Below, one piece after another: positions 55,061-64,000 of a stretch of 64,000 bases of DNA (positions are counted from its first letter, which is position 1; each line of letters opens with the position of its first letter). Under the pieces are notes generated by a model. It searched no databases, had not been told where the DNA came from, and saw only the letters and a list, made by a program, of their open reading frames with translations. The stretch covers positions 39,716 through 103,715 of the forward strand of contig CAWHCQ010000040.1 in the NCBI GenBank assembly GCA_963827755.1, given 5' to 3'. A program made the translations under genes and the position numbers. Source of the DNA: an uncultured Gammaproteobacteria bacterium. Lineage in GTDB: Bacteria > Pseudomonadota > Gammaproteobacteria > UBA9214.

Positions 55061-55489
55061 TTAGCCCTCTGGTGGTGCAAATTTTGCAAAGACCTCCTCA
55101 CCCGTCATTTCCTTGGTCTTATTTCCGAAATAATAGTAAGACGGTTTGGATTCAATAAATATTTGGTGATCGAATACAAATGGTATATCGGTATCGAATA
55201 ACCCAACAGGCATAATGTGTTGGTTGTGCTCCTTTAATCGATAATACAAATGACTTCCGCATTTATTGCAAAAAGCGCGTTCGGCCCACTCGGAAGAATC
55301 GTATACCGAAATATTTTCCTGGCCCTCGAATGAAACATCGGTTCCACAATCTACGGCTAGCAATGGGCCGCCGGTCCACTTTCGGCACATACCACAATGG
55401 CAAGCTCCCACCTCGCTGCTTAAGCTCTTTACCAATATCTTCACAGCACCGCAGAGGCAACTCCCTTTTCCTTCACGCACATCTGTCAT
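55061..55489 (-). CDS. GFA (CENP-V/Mss4-like) family cassette
   Basis: GSCLCGAV, CHCGMCRK, FCNKCGS. Confidence 0.92.
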   Translation of the reverse strand: MTDVREGKGSCLCGAVKILVKSLSSEVGACHCGMCRKWTGGPLLAVDCGTDVSFEGQENISVYDSSEWAERAFCNKCGSHLYYRLKEHNQHIMPVGLFDTDIPFVFDHQIFIESKPSYYYFGNKTKEMTGEEVFAKFAPPEG

Positions 55490-55526
55490 GATTGACTCCG
55501 AAATTCATTAATACTTGTTTACACAT

Positions 55527-55649
55527 ATCGAAAAATTGAATAGCGCCTTCATCATAAAAAGCGGTGCGAGCCTCCACGAAGGAGACCCCGTGCTTTTTTA
55601 CGTTTGCAGTTTCTTTTCTTTTATCCCATTCGAACTCAAGCTCTTTCAT
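55527..55649 (-). pseudogene. Truncated BrnT (DUF497) toxin
   Basis: Manual translation MKELEFEWDKRKETANVKKHGVSFVEARTAFYD; not in the ORF track. Confidence 0.8.
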
Positions 55650-55655
55650 ATGTAC

Positions 55656-55683
55656 ATTGTACTTATGATTATGAAAAAAGCAA
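55656..55683 (-). promoter_or_regulatory. Sigma-70-like promoter of the toxin cassette
   Basis: TTGCTT-16-TACAAT, 6 nt before the ATG. Confidence 0.55.
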
Positions 55684-55843
55684 GATGCTTCTATGGAGCC
55701 GAACAGTGGATTCGACTGATTGCGTAGTAATGTGTATATGTCGGAATCGTCCTATTGTGCGAACGACCGACGCGGCCTAGCATAAAACTCAACATAGCTA
55801 TCTCCGGGCAGGATGCCCTCTCATTACGACATGGAAGGTCTGT

Positions 55844-56403
55844 ATGTTTGATTCAAATCCCCCGGCACCTGATGCCATTGCGCGCTTCTATGATAACTAC
55901 CTGAACTGCCTGCATAAAGCATCCATTCCAGAGAAGCAAAGACGGTGGTATGTAAAGCGTATTGAGGAGTTTATTAAGACCCATTCCGGATGCAAGATCA
56001 AGTCGCTTTCCGACCAGGAAGTGAGCAGATATCTGGAGATGATAGGCCGAAAAAACCGGCTTTCTGGCTGGCAATTTGCTCAGTGTATCGATGCAATACG
56101 GATTCTCTATTGCGAACTACTCTCAACACCAGCTTGCCAGGGCCTGGACTGGGAATACCGGCAAGACTCAGCCAGGCAACTTGATAATAGCCATCCGATG
56201 CCTGTGGCATCAACAAACGGGTGGGCTGCCACACGCTACGCCATTGCTTTGCAACTCACCTGCTGGAAGCGAACTATGATATCCGCACAGTGCAGGAACT
56301 GCTCGGACATGCCCATGTTTCCACGACCATGATCTATACCCATGTACTCAGTCGCCCCGGGGTCGGGGTGTTCAGTCCGCTGGATCAGCCACGCGGCGAA
56401 TAA
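55844..56403 (+). pseudogene. intI: Integron integrase with large internal deletion
   Basis: N-terminal SAM-like domain joined near 56200, out of frame, to [21 protein letters not shown]...[11 protein letters not shown]...TTMIYTHV...SPLD. Confidence 0.88.
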
Positions 56404-56497
56404 CGGGAACATGGACTAAAGATTCAATTAATCCGGGGTAAAGGCATGGTGGAGCGGCGGCGATGAGCTGGTGATCAGGGCGGGATATTTATCCTGC

Positions 56498-56740
56498 TTA
56501 TTTTCTTGTTTCTATATCTGATTCCAGATTCAGTCTTCCATCCTCTTCCAGAATACCTATCTTGCTGCCATCCGCATTCGATATAACTATCACCGGATCT
56601 TCGAATAATGGACGGCGAACATAGGCCAGGCTCCAGCCAAAACCTTCTATTTTGTGTAACGCAACACGCTGGGCATCATTAAGATAATATTTCAGATTAT
56701 CCGGTACAGGTTTGTCGCCTTTCCTTTTTTCTTCGCTCAT
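56498..56740 (-). CDS. Small hypothetical protein, paralog of 9019..9300
   Basis: RKGDKPVPDN, FGWSLAYVRRPLF. Confidence 0.75.
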   Translation of the reverse strand: MSEEKRKGDKPVPDNLKYYLNDAQRVALHKIEGFGWSLAYVRRPLFEDPVIVISNADGSKIGILEEDGRLNLESDIETRK

Positions 56741-56816
56741 GATTGTTTTACAGCCTGGTCCTGTTGATAAATATAATCCAGTCGGCCCGCAAACAGACAA
56801 AGCTGACTGGCCGGTC

Positions 56817-57309
56817 TCATGGCCTGGGTTGCTTTTCCTTCAGCTGCTCGACATGGACGATAAGGGTGTCAACGGTTTCCTTCAACAGATCGAGCTCATC
56901 GACCGTCAGATCATCCAGCTGTTCCAGGTTGTACTCGATCGTCTCGATTATTTTCTTGTGCGGGCGCTGCATGGGGCGCATGAAATAGGTTGCAACAGTG
57001 GCCACGATGGCACCAAAGAACAATACTGAACCAAGCACCATCCATAGTCCGCCTACCAGCTGGCCTGTACCGGATACCGGTGCAAAGGCGATCCCTACTG
57101 TAGAAAATGCGGCAACACCCCAGTACAGGGCATCTCCATAAGCAATCAATAGATGCCCCCTCAACACCCCGCTCTGACAGGTACATGCCGGTAGAAAACA
57201 TCAACCATAGCATTATCAGTAACAGCACCATTTTGACAAATGGCGTGTGTACGGAGACATCTTTAATGAATCTTTTCAGGCGTGCGGGTGGCCTTGCTCT
57301 TTTTGTCAT
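56817..57309 (-). CDS. 2-TM ion channel (KcsA-like fold), +1 frameshift near 57148
   Basis: TM1, YGDALYW pore helix, STVG, TM2, C-terminal coiled coil. Confidence 0.7.
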
Positions 57310-57474
57310 TTTTCGCACTCACATTGAAAAAGGAGACGGCGAGATAATTTCAACAGCTTCATCCCTTTATTAAACCAATCTTACTCCCTCCCCATCGGTA
57401 AAAGATTGCGACCTTTATACCCCCTCTCTCCGGGAGAGGGGATGCTCTATTTGGGTCTACGGGGAGTGTATCGA

Positions 57475-57867
57475 CTAGCCCTGCGCCTCGAAACCAAAGG
57501 CACGGTCGTGCACGTAGACGAGTTTGCAGTCCTCGATATATTTAGCGTCGTGGATTCTTCCGGCCTTGACGTAACCGCTGTCGCCCTTGTTGAGGATGAC
57601 CGGCGCGCCGTCGGCTTCGAGGCCGTTCGCGCCTTTAGTATAGAACTGGATGGCCATTTTGCCTTCAACGACCACCGTCATGTCATCGCCCGGGTGCGAG
57701 TGCGGCGGCTCTTCACTGCCGGCGTCCCACTTCTCCAGCATGACTTCCACGCCATCCTGGTTTCCGGGAAAGGTTGTCCTCAGGGTGAAACCTTCCGGGG
57801 TATCGGGCACGGTAACGTGGTTATCCCAGACCTTGCTGGTTGCTGAAGTCACTTCCTTATTCGACAT
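57475..57867 (-). CDS. Cupin domain protein
   Basis: PHSHPGD...VVVEG...GDSGYVKAGRIH. Confidence 0.85.
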   Translation of the reverse strand: MSNKEVTSATSKVWDNHVTVPDTPEGFTLRTTFPGNQDGVEVMLEKWDAGSEEPPHSHPGDDMTVVVEGKMAIQFYTKGANGLEADGAPVILNKGDSGYVKAGRIHDAKYIEDCKLVYVHDRAFGFEAQG

Positions 57868-57889
57868 GCGTGCTCTCCTGTTCAGATTG

Positions 57890-58768
57890 TTAGGCCAGTA
57901 ACGGCAAGTAATGATCCACCAGCAACAGGGCGAAGATTGCCATCAGGTACCAGATCGAGTAACCGAAGGTGCGCATGGCGACGCTTTCGTCCTCGCCCTT
58001 CATCAGCAGCAGGGCGTAATAGAGAAAACCGCCGCCGAGCAGCAGCGCGCCCGCAAGATAAAACAGTCCGCTCATATGCATGGCAAAAGGCAGTACGCTG
58101 ACAACCAGCAACAGGATGGTATAGAGCAGGATCTGCAGGCGGGTGAACGGCACGCCGTGCGTCACCGGCAGCATCGGGATGTCCACCCTGGCGTATTCCT
58201 CGCGGCGGTGAATGGCGAGCGCCCAGAAGTGCGGCGGCGTCCAGATGAAGATTATCAGGAACAGCAACAGTGCATGCGGGTCGATGGAGTTGGTAACCGC
58301 CACCCAGCCGAGGATCGGCGGTGCGGCACCGGCAGCGCCGCCGATGACGATATTCTGCGGGGTCGCGCGTTTCAGGTACATGGTGTACACCACGGCGTAA
58401 CCCAGCAACGAGAAAAACGTCAGCATGGCGGTCAGGGGGTTGACCAGCACGACCAGCACGACCATGGCCAGCGCACCCAGCAGGACGGCAAACACCATGG
58501 CCTGGCGGGGGCTGATCTCGCCCTGCGGCAGCGGGCGGTCACTGGTACGTTTCATCTTGGCGTCTTCACGCGCATCGAGCACATGGTTGATGGCGGCGGC
58601 CGCAGAGGCCGCCATGCCGATGCCGAGGTTGCCGAACAGCAGCACGTCCCAGGGCACCATGCCGGGTGGCGAGGTCGCCATGAACATACCGACCATGGCG
58701 GTGAATACAATCAGCGCCACGACCTTCAGCTTGCACAGGCCAAGATAACTGTTTACCAGGTTGCGCAT
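57890..58768 (-). CDS. cyoE: Protoheme IX farnesyltransferase (heme O synthase)
   Basis: [35 protein letters not shown]. Confidence 0.96.
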   Translation of the reverse strand: MRNLVNSYLGLCKLKVVALIVFTAMVGMFMATSPPGMVPWDVLLFGNLGIGMAASAAAAINHVLDAREDAKMKRTSDRPLPQGEISPRQAMVFAVLLGALAMVVLVVLVNPLTAMLTFFSLLGYAVVYTMYLKRATPQNIVIGGAAGAAPPILGWVAVTNSIDPHALLLFLIIFIWTPPHFWALAIHRREEYARVDIPMLPVTHGVPFTRLQILLYTILLLVVSVLPFAMHMSGLFYLAGALLLGGGFLYYALLLMKGEDESVAMRTFGYSIWYLMAIFALLLVDHYLPLLA

Positions 58769-59430
58769 CAGCCGATCTTCGAGTTCTTGAGTAATTTCTT
58801 CAGGTCTTTATGCAGGCCGCGCGGATCTGCACCGGGTGGGTAGTACATCATCAGATTGCCAAGCGGGTCGATGATGTAGACACGTTCGGCAGCCTGCATG
58901 GAGACACCGTCGATCATGAAATCAGGCGCGATCTGTTCTGCCTGCGCCTGCGTGATGCTGACCACGGTCATATCCGGGTATTCATTCGCAAGCAGCTTTG
59001 CCAGCGGCTCCGGTATGCTTGCACCGCGCAGCAGGTACAGGCGCTGCACACGGCGCATATGCTCGTTCTGCAGGATATGCACCTGGCGCATATTGTAGAG
59101 GCTGGTGTTGCAGGCGGTATCACAGTCGGTGTCACCGATGTACAGCAGGGTCCACCTGCCCTGCAGGAAGTCGTTCAGCGGGGCGTCGCCGGCCAGCAGT
59201 TCTGCCGGCAAGTCCAGGGGACGGGCGGGATGCACCAGCACACCGTTGTTGGTACTGCCCGCCGGCTTCCAGCCGCCTTCGCCGCTGTGGTGCATGACCC
59301 AGGCAACAAAGGTCGGCGCCAGGAAGATGAGCGCCAGCAATACCATCCCCTGGCGCGTGCTCAGGAATCCCTTTTGCCGCCGCGCAGGCCGATGGCCGCT
59401 GGATGCCGTTTTATCAGTACGCTTGATCAT
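58768..59430 (-). CDS. Thioredoxin/SCO-like cox cluster accessory protein
   Basis: [28 protein letters not shown]. Confidence 0.8.
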   Translation of the reverse strand: MIKRTDKTASSGHRPARRQKGFLSTRQGMVLLALIFLAPTFVAWVMHHSGEGGWKPAGSTNNGVLVHPARPLDLPAELLAGDAPLNDFLQGRWTLLYIGDTDCDTACNTSLYNMRQVHILQNEHMRRVQRLYLLRGASIPEPLAKLLANEYPDMTVVSITQAQAEQIAPDFMIDGVSMQAAERVYIIDPLGNLMMYYPPGADPRGLHKDLKKLLKNSKIG

Positions 59431-60175
59431 TGTCTTTCCGCAGGTTTTCATAGGTAATTCGTTTGCTGTTCACGCCGATGTAAATCATCAGCAATACCGC
59501 GGCAAGTGTAAACCATTGCAGGGCATAGGCGCGGTGCTTGTCAGGAGTGACGCCGTAGACGGCCTTCCACTCGCGCACAAAACCGTACTCGTCCACCGGG
59601 TCGAGCAGCAGGATTACCGGCAACAACGAATGGCCGAGGCGCTGTTCCAGTTGTGACAATCGCAACTGCTGTACGACCTGCGGCCAGCCCTCATGGACCT
59701 CTTCCGCATCATCGAGCCTGATGAACCTCTCGGGTGGCAGCCTGATGCTCGCATTCACAATCAGTTCATCATCGGGCCCGGGCAGTTCCGGCAAGCGCGA
59801 GCGATATTCACCCACCGGCACCCAGCCACGGTTCACCAGTACCATGCTGTCCCGGTCACTCAGCAGCAGCGGTGTGAGCACGTGATAACCGGCATACCCC
59901 TTATGAGTACGGTTGTCGAGCAACAGCTGGTGCTCCAGGTCGTAGCGGCCACGTGCCGCGACCGGGCGATATTCGAGCGCTTCATCCCGGGCCAGCAATA
60001 ACTCGAGCAGCACACGCGCCTGCGTGGCGCGCGCGGCCTGGGCGTCAATCAGTTCCTGCTTCCAGCTGGCGCGCTCCATCTGCCAGATGCCCAGGCCGGC
60101 GAGAAAGGGCAACAGGACCAGGGTCGCGATACTCGGCCAGAACCCGGGATTGAAATCAAAGGCACCGATCCTCAT
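59414..60175 (-). CDS. SURF1 family protein
   Basis: LGIWQMERASWK, LVNRGWVP, HRAYALQWF. Confidence 0.93.
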   Translation of the reverse strand: MRIGAFDFNPGFWPSIATLVLLPFLAGLGIWQMERASWKQELIDAQAARATQARVLLELLLARDEALEYRPVAARGRYDLEHQLLLDNRTHKGYAGYHVLTPLLLSDRDSMVLVNRGWVPVGEYRSRLPELPGPDDELIVNASIRLPPERFIRLDDAEEVHEGWPQVVQQLRLSQLEQRLGHSLLPVILLLDPVDEYGFVREWKAVYGVTPDKHRAYALQWFTLAAVLLMIYIGVNSKRITYENLRKDNDQAY

Positions 60176-60231
60176 GAAACCACCTGTTTTGATATACTTC
60201 CCGAATTCATTCCTATCGAGCCCCTCATATC

Positions 60232-60444
60232 ATGTACACCAAGATCATAGTCGTCCTGTTCCTGATCTTCATTATTGGCAGCCTGTTTAGCGGGCTGTAT
60301 TACCTGGTAAAGGACAAGGGCACCTCGGAAAGAACCGTCCGTGCCCTTACCGTGCGCATCAGCCTGTCCGTGCTGTTGTTCATACTGCTGATCATTGGCT
60401 ATGCAACCGGTCTGTTGCAACCGCACGGGGTTGTGCCGGGCTAG
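60232..60444 (+). CDS. Twin transmembrane helix small protein (DUF2909)
   Basis: SLFSGLYYLVKD...ALTVRISLS...GLLQPH; typical inverted position in cox clusters. Confidence 0.88.
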   Translation: MYTKIIVVLFLIFIIGSLFSGLYYLVKDKGTSERTVRALTVRISLSVLLFILLIIGYATGLLQPHGVVPG

Positions 60445-60484
60445 TCCTCCAAACTGCAAATTTTTCCGCTGCTGCGGTATTTTC

Positions 60485-60613
60485 TTCGCGGATTAGATCC
60501 GCTCCTGCAGCAATTACCTGCGATATCCGCGGAATTACTCGCGGATGTCCGCCCCTGCAGAATTACCTTCGCGGATTAGATCCGCCCCTGTAGGAGCGGA
60601 TCTAATCCGCGAT
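60485..60613. repeat. Tandem and inverted REP cluster (GTAGGAGCGGATCTAATCCGCGA family)
   Basis: Three full or partial ttcgcggattagatccgc copies plus one inverse copy; same family as 31891-31914. Confidence 0.75.
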
Positions 60614-60625
60614 CGGGTGTGCAAC

Positions 60626-60654
60626 AAAAAGGGCGCTGCAAGCAGCGCCCTTTT
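60626..60654. terminator. Bidirectional intrinsic terminator
   Basis: aaaaagggcgctgc-aa-gcagcgccctttt. Confidence 0.85.
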
Positions 60655-60675
60655 CCACAGCAGAACCTGCCTTGC

Positions 60676-61539
60676 CTATACCAGCCAGTATACAAACACA
60701 AACAGGCCGAGCCAGACCACGTCGACGAAGTGCCAGTACCAGGCCACTGCCTCGAAGGCAAAGTGGTGTTCCTCGCTGAAGTGCCCTTTCATGGCGCGCA
60801 GCAGGATAATCAGCAGCATGGTGGCACCGAGGGTCACGTGCAGTCCGTGGAAACCGGTCAGCATGTAGAAGGTCGTGCCGTACATGCCGGTCTTGAGCGT
60901 CAGGTTCAGATCGTGGTAGGCGTGGATGTACTCATAGGCCTGCAAGCCGAGGAACAGGAAGCCGAGGAAAACCGTCGCCATCAGGCCGAGGATCATCTGG
61001 GTACGGTCGTTTTTCTTCAGACCCCAGTGCGACCAGGTCAGCGTCACGCCACTGGACAGCAGGATCAGGGTATTGATGGCCGGAATGCCCCAGGCGCCCA
61101 TCATGGTGTAATCACCACCCATGGCGGCGGGACCATTGGTCGGCCAGACGGCCTCGAAGGCCGGCCATAACAGCTCGTTGGTCATGACATTGTTGCCGGC
61201 GCCGCCGAGCCACGGAATCGACCACATGCGCGCATAGAACAGGGCGCCGAAGAAGGCCGCGAAAAACATCACTTCCGAAAAGATGAACCAGCCCATGCTG
61301 AGACGGAATGACATGTCCACCTGGTCGTTGTACTTGCCGGCCAGGCTCTCGTTGATGACGGTGCCGAACCAGCCAAACAGCATGAAGATAATGACGGCTG
61401 CACCGACCGCCATGACGATCCAGTTCCCGCCGTGCAGAAAATTGGCAAAACCGCCCAGCATGAGGAACATGCCGACCGAGCCAACGATCGGCCAGTGGCT
61501 GGGTTCCGGCAGATAATAACCCCCGTTAGATGCTGACAT
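60676..61539 (-). CDS. coxC: Cytochrome c oxidase subunit III
   Basis: WFIFSEVMFF, TGFHGLHV, WYWHFVDVVW. Confidence 0.96.
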   Translation of the reverse strand: MSASNGGYYLPEPSHWPIVGSVGMFLMLGGFANFLHGGNWIVMAVGAAVIIFMLFGWFGTVINESLAGKYNDQVDMSFRLSMGWFIFSEVMFFAAFFGALFYARMWSIPWLGGAGNNVMTNELLWPAFEAVWPTNGPAAMGGDYTMMGAWGIPAINTLILLSSGVTLTWSHWGLKKNDRTQMILGLMATVFLGFLFLGLQAYEYIHAYHDLNLTLKTGMYGTTFYMLTGFHGLHVTLGATMLLIILLRAMKGHFSEEHHFAFEAVAWYWHFVDVVWLGLFVFVYWLV

Positions 61540-61658
61540 TGATAACTCCCTCTCTATACAAGTTTATTCGTTAAACGTTTCAACGGGGTCAGACTCGACT
61601 GGTCCGACCTCCATCACAAAACAATCATTTCAATCCGGGACTGATCCCTGCAATAAAA

Positions 61659-62261
61659 TCACAAAACGGAATCAATCGTCTCCAGCCCCGTCGAGACAGC
61701 ACCGATTGGCTCGAGGCCCGGCTGCTGTTCTTCAGCCGGGAAAAAGGTATAGGACAATGACACCGTCCTGATCTCTTCCGGCAGCGCCGGGTCGACGACA
61801 AACCGCAGCGGCATTTCCTTGCCCTCGTTCGCCTGCAGGGTCTGCCGGGTAAAACAGAAGCATTCCGTCTTGTTGAAATACTTTGCCGCCAGCCCCGGTG
61901 CCACGCTCGGAACCGCCTGCCCTGCCACCATGCCATTCGTCTTGTTCCTGGCGTAATAATTCACTTCCGTCACTTCACCCGGGTGCACCTTGATCCTGCT
62001 GACCATCGGCTTGAAATCCCAGGGCAACTTGCTGTTGACCGATGAAAGGAATTCCACGGTCACCAGGCGGTCTTCGTCCACTTTCTGGCTGAGCGCGGCC
62101 TCCGTCTCTATGCGACCGGTCTTGCCGTTGATCCCGGTGATGTCGCAGAACACGTCATACAGCGGCACCAGCGCGAAACCAAAGCCGAACATGGCAAGCG
62201 CGGCTATTCCGAGGCGTTTCACAACCCGGGTGTTTGCTGCCTGTCGTTCGCCGTTTTGCAT
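61659..62261 (-). CDS. ctaG: Cytochrome c oxidase assembly protein CtaG/Cox11
   Basis: VPLYDVFC, KTECFCF, LSYTFF. Confidence 0.95.
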   Translation of the reverse strand: MQNGERQAANTRVVKRLGIAALAMFGFGFALVPLYDVFCDITGINGKTGRIETEAALSQKVDEDRLVTVEFLSSVNSKLPWDFKPMVSRIKVHPGEVTEVNYYARNKTNGMVAGQAVPSVAPGLAAKYFNKTECFCFTRQTLQANEGKEMPLRFVVDPALPEEIRTVSLSYTFFPAEEQQPGLEPIGAVSTGLETIDSVL

Positions 62262-62265
62262 CTGT

Positions 62266-62377
62266 TTATGTCAGCACGAAAAAACTGGCTGCAAAAAATC
62301 CCGCCGCCAGCAGCACCAGCACGATCACGGTAATAACGACCCCGTTGTGTCTGCTGCCTGTTACGCTGTTCTGCCAT
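62266..62377 (-). CDS. Putative single-TM small oxidase-associated protein (needs one base removed near 62341)
   Basis: MAEQRNRQQTQR-VVITVIVLVLLAAGFFAASFFVLT-stop. Confidence 0.45.
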
Positions 62378-62432
62378 TGACGTCATCCGTTAAAAGGCGG
62401 GTGCATGCGCAAAAGCCCATGCACCCGCTGTA

Positions 62433-64000
62433 TTACTTGACCTGCGGTGCTTCCGCAAAGGTGTGGTACGGCGCCGGTGAAGGAATCGTCCATTCCAGAC
62501 CGTGTGCACCTTCCCATACCTGGCCCGTCGCCTTCTCGCCACCGCGAATGGTCTTGATCAGGACATAGATGAAGAACACCTGGGCCAGGCCGAAGGCGAA
62601 GCCGCCGATACTGGAGATCATGTTCCAGTCCGCGAACTGCAGCGAGTAATCCGGGATGCGGCGTGGCATGCCGGCCAGGCCGATGAAGTGCTGCGGGAAG
62701 AACAGCACGTTCACGGAAATGACAGACCACCAGAAGTGAATCAGGGCGAGCTTGTCATTGACCATGTGGCCGGTCCACTTCGGCAGCCAGTAATAGACCG
62801 CCGCGATAATGCCGAACAGCGCGCCGGTCACCAGCACGTAATGGAAATGCGCCACGATAAAGTAGGTATCGTGGTACTGCATGTCACTCGGGGCAATACC
62901 CATCATCAGCCCGGTGAAACCACCGATGGTAAACAGAAACACAAAGGCAATCGCCCACAGCATCGGCGGCTCGAAGGTCATGGAGCCGCGCCACATGGTG
63001 GCGGTCCAGTTGAACACCTTCACGGCCGTCGGCACCGCGATCAGCACCGTGGCGTACATGAAGTACAGCTCACCGGCGACCGGCATGCCCGTGGTGAACA
63101 TGTGGTGCGCATAAACGATGAACGACAGGAAGGCGATCGAGGCGGTTGCGTAGACCATGGAGCTGTAACCAAACAGCTTCTTGCGGGCAAAGGTCGGGAT
63201 GATTTCCGAAATCACGCCGAAGGCCGGCAGGATCATGATGTACACCTCGGGATGCCCGAAGAACCAGAATATGTGCTGGAACAGGACCGGGTCACCGCCA
63301 CCGGCGGCATCAAAGAAACTGGTGCCGAAATTACGGTCGGTCAGCATCATGGTCACGGCACCGGCGAGTACCGGCATCACGGCAATCAGCAGGAAGGCGG
63401 TGATGAACCAGGTCCAGACGAACATCGGCATCTTCATCAGGGTCATGCCCGGGGCACGCATGTTCAGCACCGTGGCGATGATGTTGATGGCACCCATGAT
63501 GGAAGAGAAACCCAGCATGTGTACGGCGAAAATAAAGTAGTCCGTGCTGTCCGGTGCAAACGTGGTGGACAGCGGAGCATAGAAGGTCCAGCCAAACGCC
63601 GGGGCGCCGCCTTCCATGAAGAAGGTGCTCAACAGCATGGTGCCGGCAAACGGCAGGATCCAGAAACTCCAGTTGTTCATGCGCGGCAGGGCCATGTCAG
63701 GTGCACCGATCATCATCGGTATCTGCCAGTTGGCCAGTCCCACCATGCCCGGCATGATGGCGCCGAACACCATGATCAGGCCATGCATGGTCGTCATGGA
63801 GTTAAAGAAATGCGGATCGACGATCTGCATGCCGGGCTGGAACAGCTCGGCGCGAATCACCATCGCAAAGGCGCCGCCGATCAGCAGCATGGTGAACGCA
63901 AACCACAGGTACAGGGTACCGATGTCCTTGTGGTTGGTGGTCGTGACCCAGCGCATCAGGCCGCTTGGTGCACCGTGGTCGTGATGGTCGTCGTGTGTGG
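62433..64000 (-). CDS. coxA: Cytochrome c oxidase subunit I (start lies beyond the window)
   Basis: TTNHKDIGTLY, WFFGHPEVY, AHHMF, AHFHYV. Confidence 0.97.
   Translation of the reverse strand, partial: THDDHHDHGAPSGLMRWVTTTNHKDIGTLYLWFAFTMLLIGGAFAMVIRAELFQPGMQIVDPHFFNSMTTMHGLIMVFGAIMPGMVGLANWQIPMMIGAPDMALPRMNNWSFWILPFAGTMLLSTFFMEGGAPAFGWTFYAPLSTTFAPDSTDYFIFAVHMLGFSSIMGAINIIATVLNMRAPGMTLMKMPMFVWTWFITAFLLIAVMPVLAGAVTMMLTDRNFGTSFFDAAGGGDPVLFQHIFWFFGHPEVYIMILPAFGVISEIIPTFARKKLFGYSSMVYATASIAFLSFIVYAHHMFTTGMPVAGELYFMYATVLIAVPTAVKVFNWTATMWRGSMTFEPPMLWAIAFVFLFTIGGFTGLMMGIAPSDMQYHDTYFIVAHFHYVLVTGALFGIIAAVYYWLPKWTGHMVNDKLALIHFWWSVISVNVLFFPQHFIGLAGMPRRIPDYSLQFADWNMISSIGGFAFGLAQVFFIYVLIKTIRGGEKATGQVWEGAHGLEWTIPSPAPYHTFAEAPQVK

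Larger units (their letters stand above)
51754..56403. mobile_element. Chromosomal integron: minus-strand cassette array plus divergent, internally deleted intI
   Basis: Multiple attC sites, short co-oriented low-GC ORFs, IntI-like C-terminus. Confidence 0.9.

Noticed and set aside
57410-57445. cccctctctccgggagagggg hairpin
   Set aside because: Single short copy; could be a terminator or repeat remnant and is not separately supportable
60485-60613. Possible CRISPR array
   Set aside because: Units are adjacent, partly inverted and lack regular unique spacers; no cas genes; fits REPs

Overview
GC-rich gammaproteobacterial chromosome segment, mostly housekeeping genes: pgm, tonB-yqgE-ruvX-pyrR-pyrB-pyrC'-pyrK, pilU-pilT, proC-yggT, ampG, xth/pyrE, argB-algC-dut-coaBC, rpmG-rpmB-radC, a Gld-like ABC transporter, mutM, ggt, coaD-rsmD, two M16 peptidases, ftsYEX-rpoH, an ABC efflux system and an aa3-type cytochrome c oxidase cluster. 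The main accessory region (about 51.1-56.4 kb) is a decaying chromosomal integron. It has an internally deleted integrase, five intact and several mutated or truncated attC sites, a truncated BrnT toxin cassette, and a distal gene bounded by non-attC hairpin direct repeats. The most unusual non-coding signal is a family of 670-750 bp nested palindromic elements, present in two copies. Their two arm types show compensatory base changes, are swapped around a fixed asymmetric centre, and host smaller repeats (a REP doublet and a ~50 bp module of ANGGA-loop hairpins resembling CsrA sites). At least seven apparent +1 frameshifts, including in rpmG and pgm, suggest consensus sequencing errors rather than real pseudogenes. 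All calls come from reading the sequence and recognising motifs; no searches were run.
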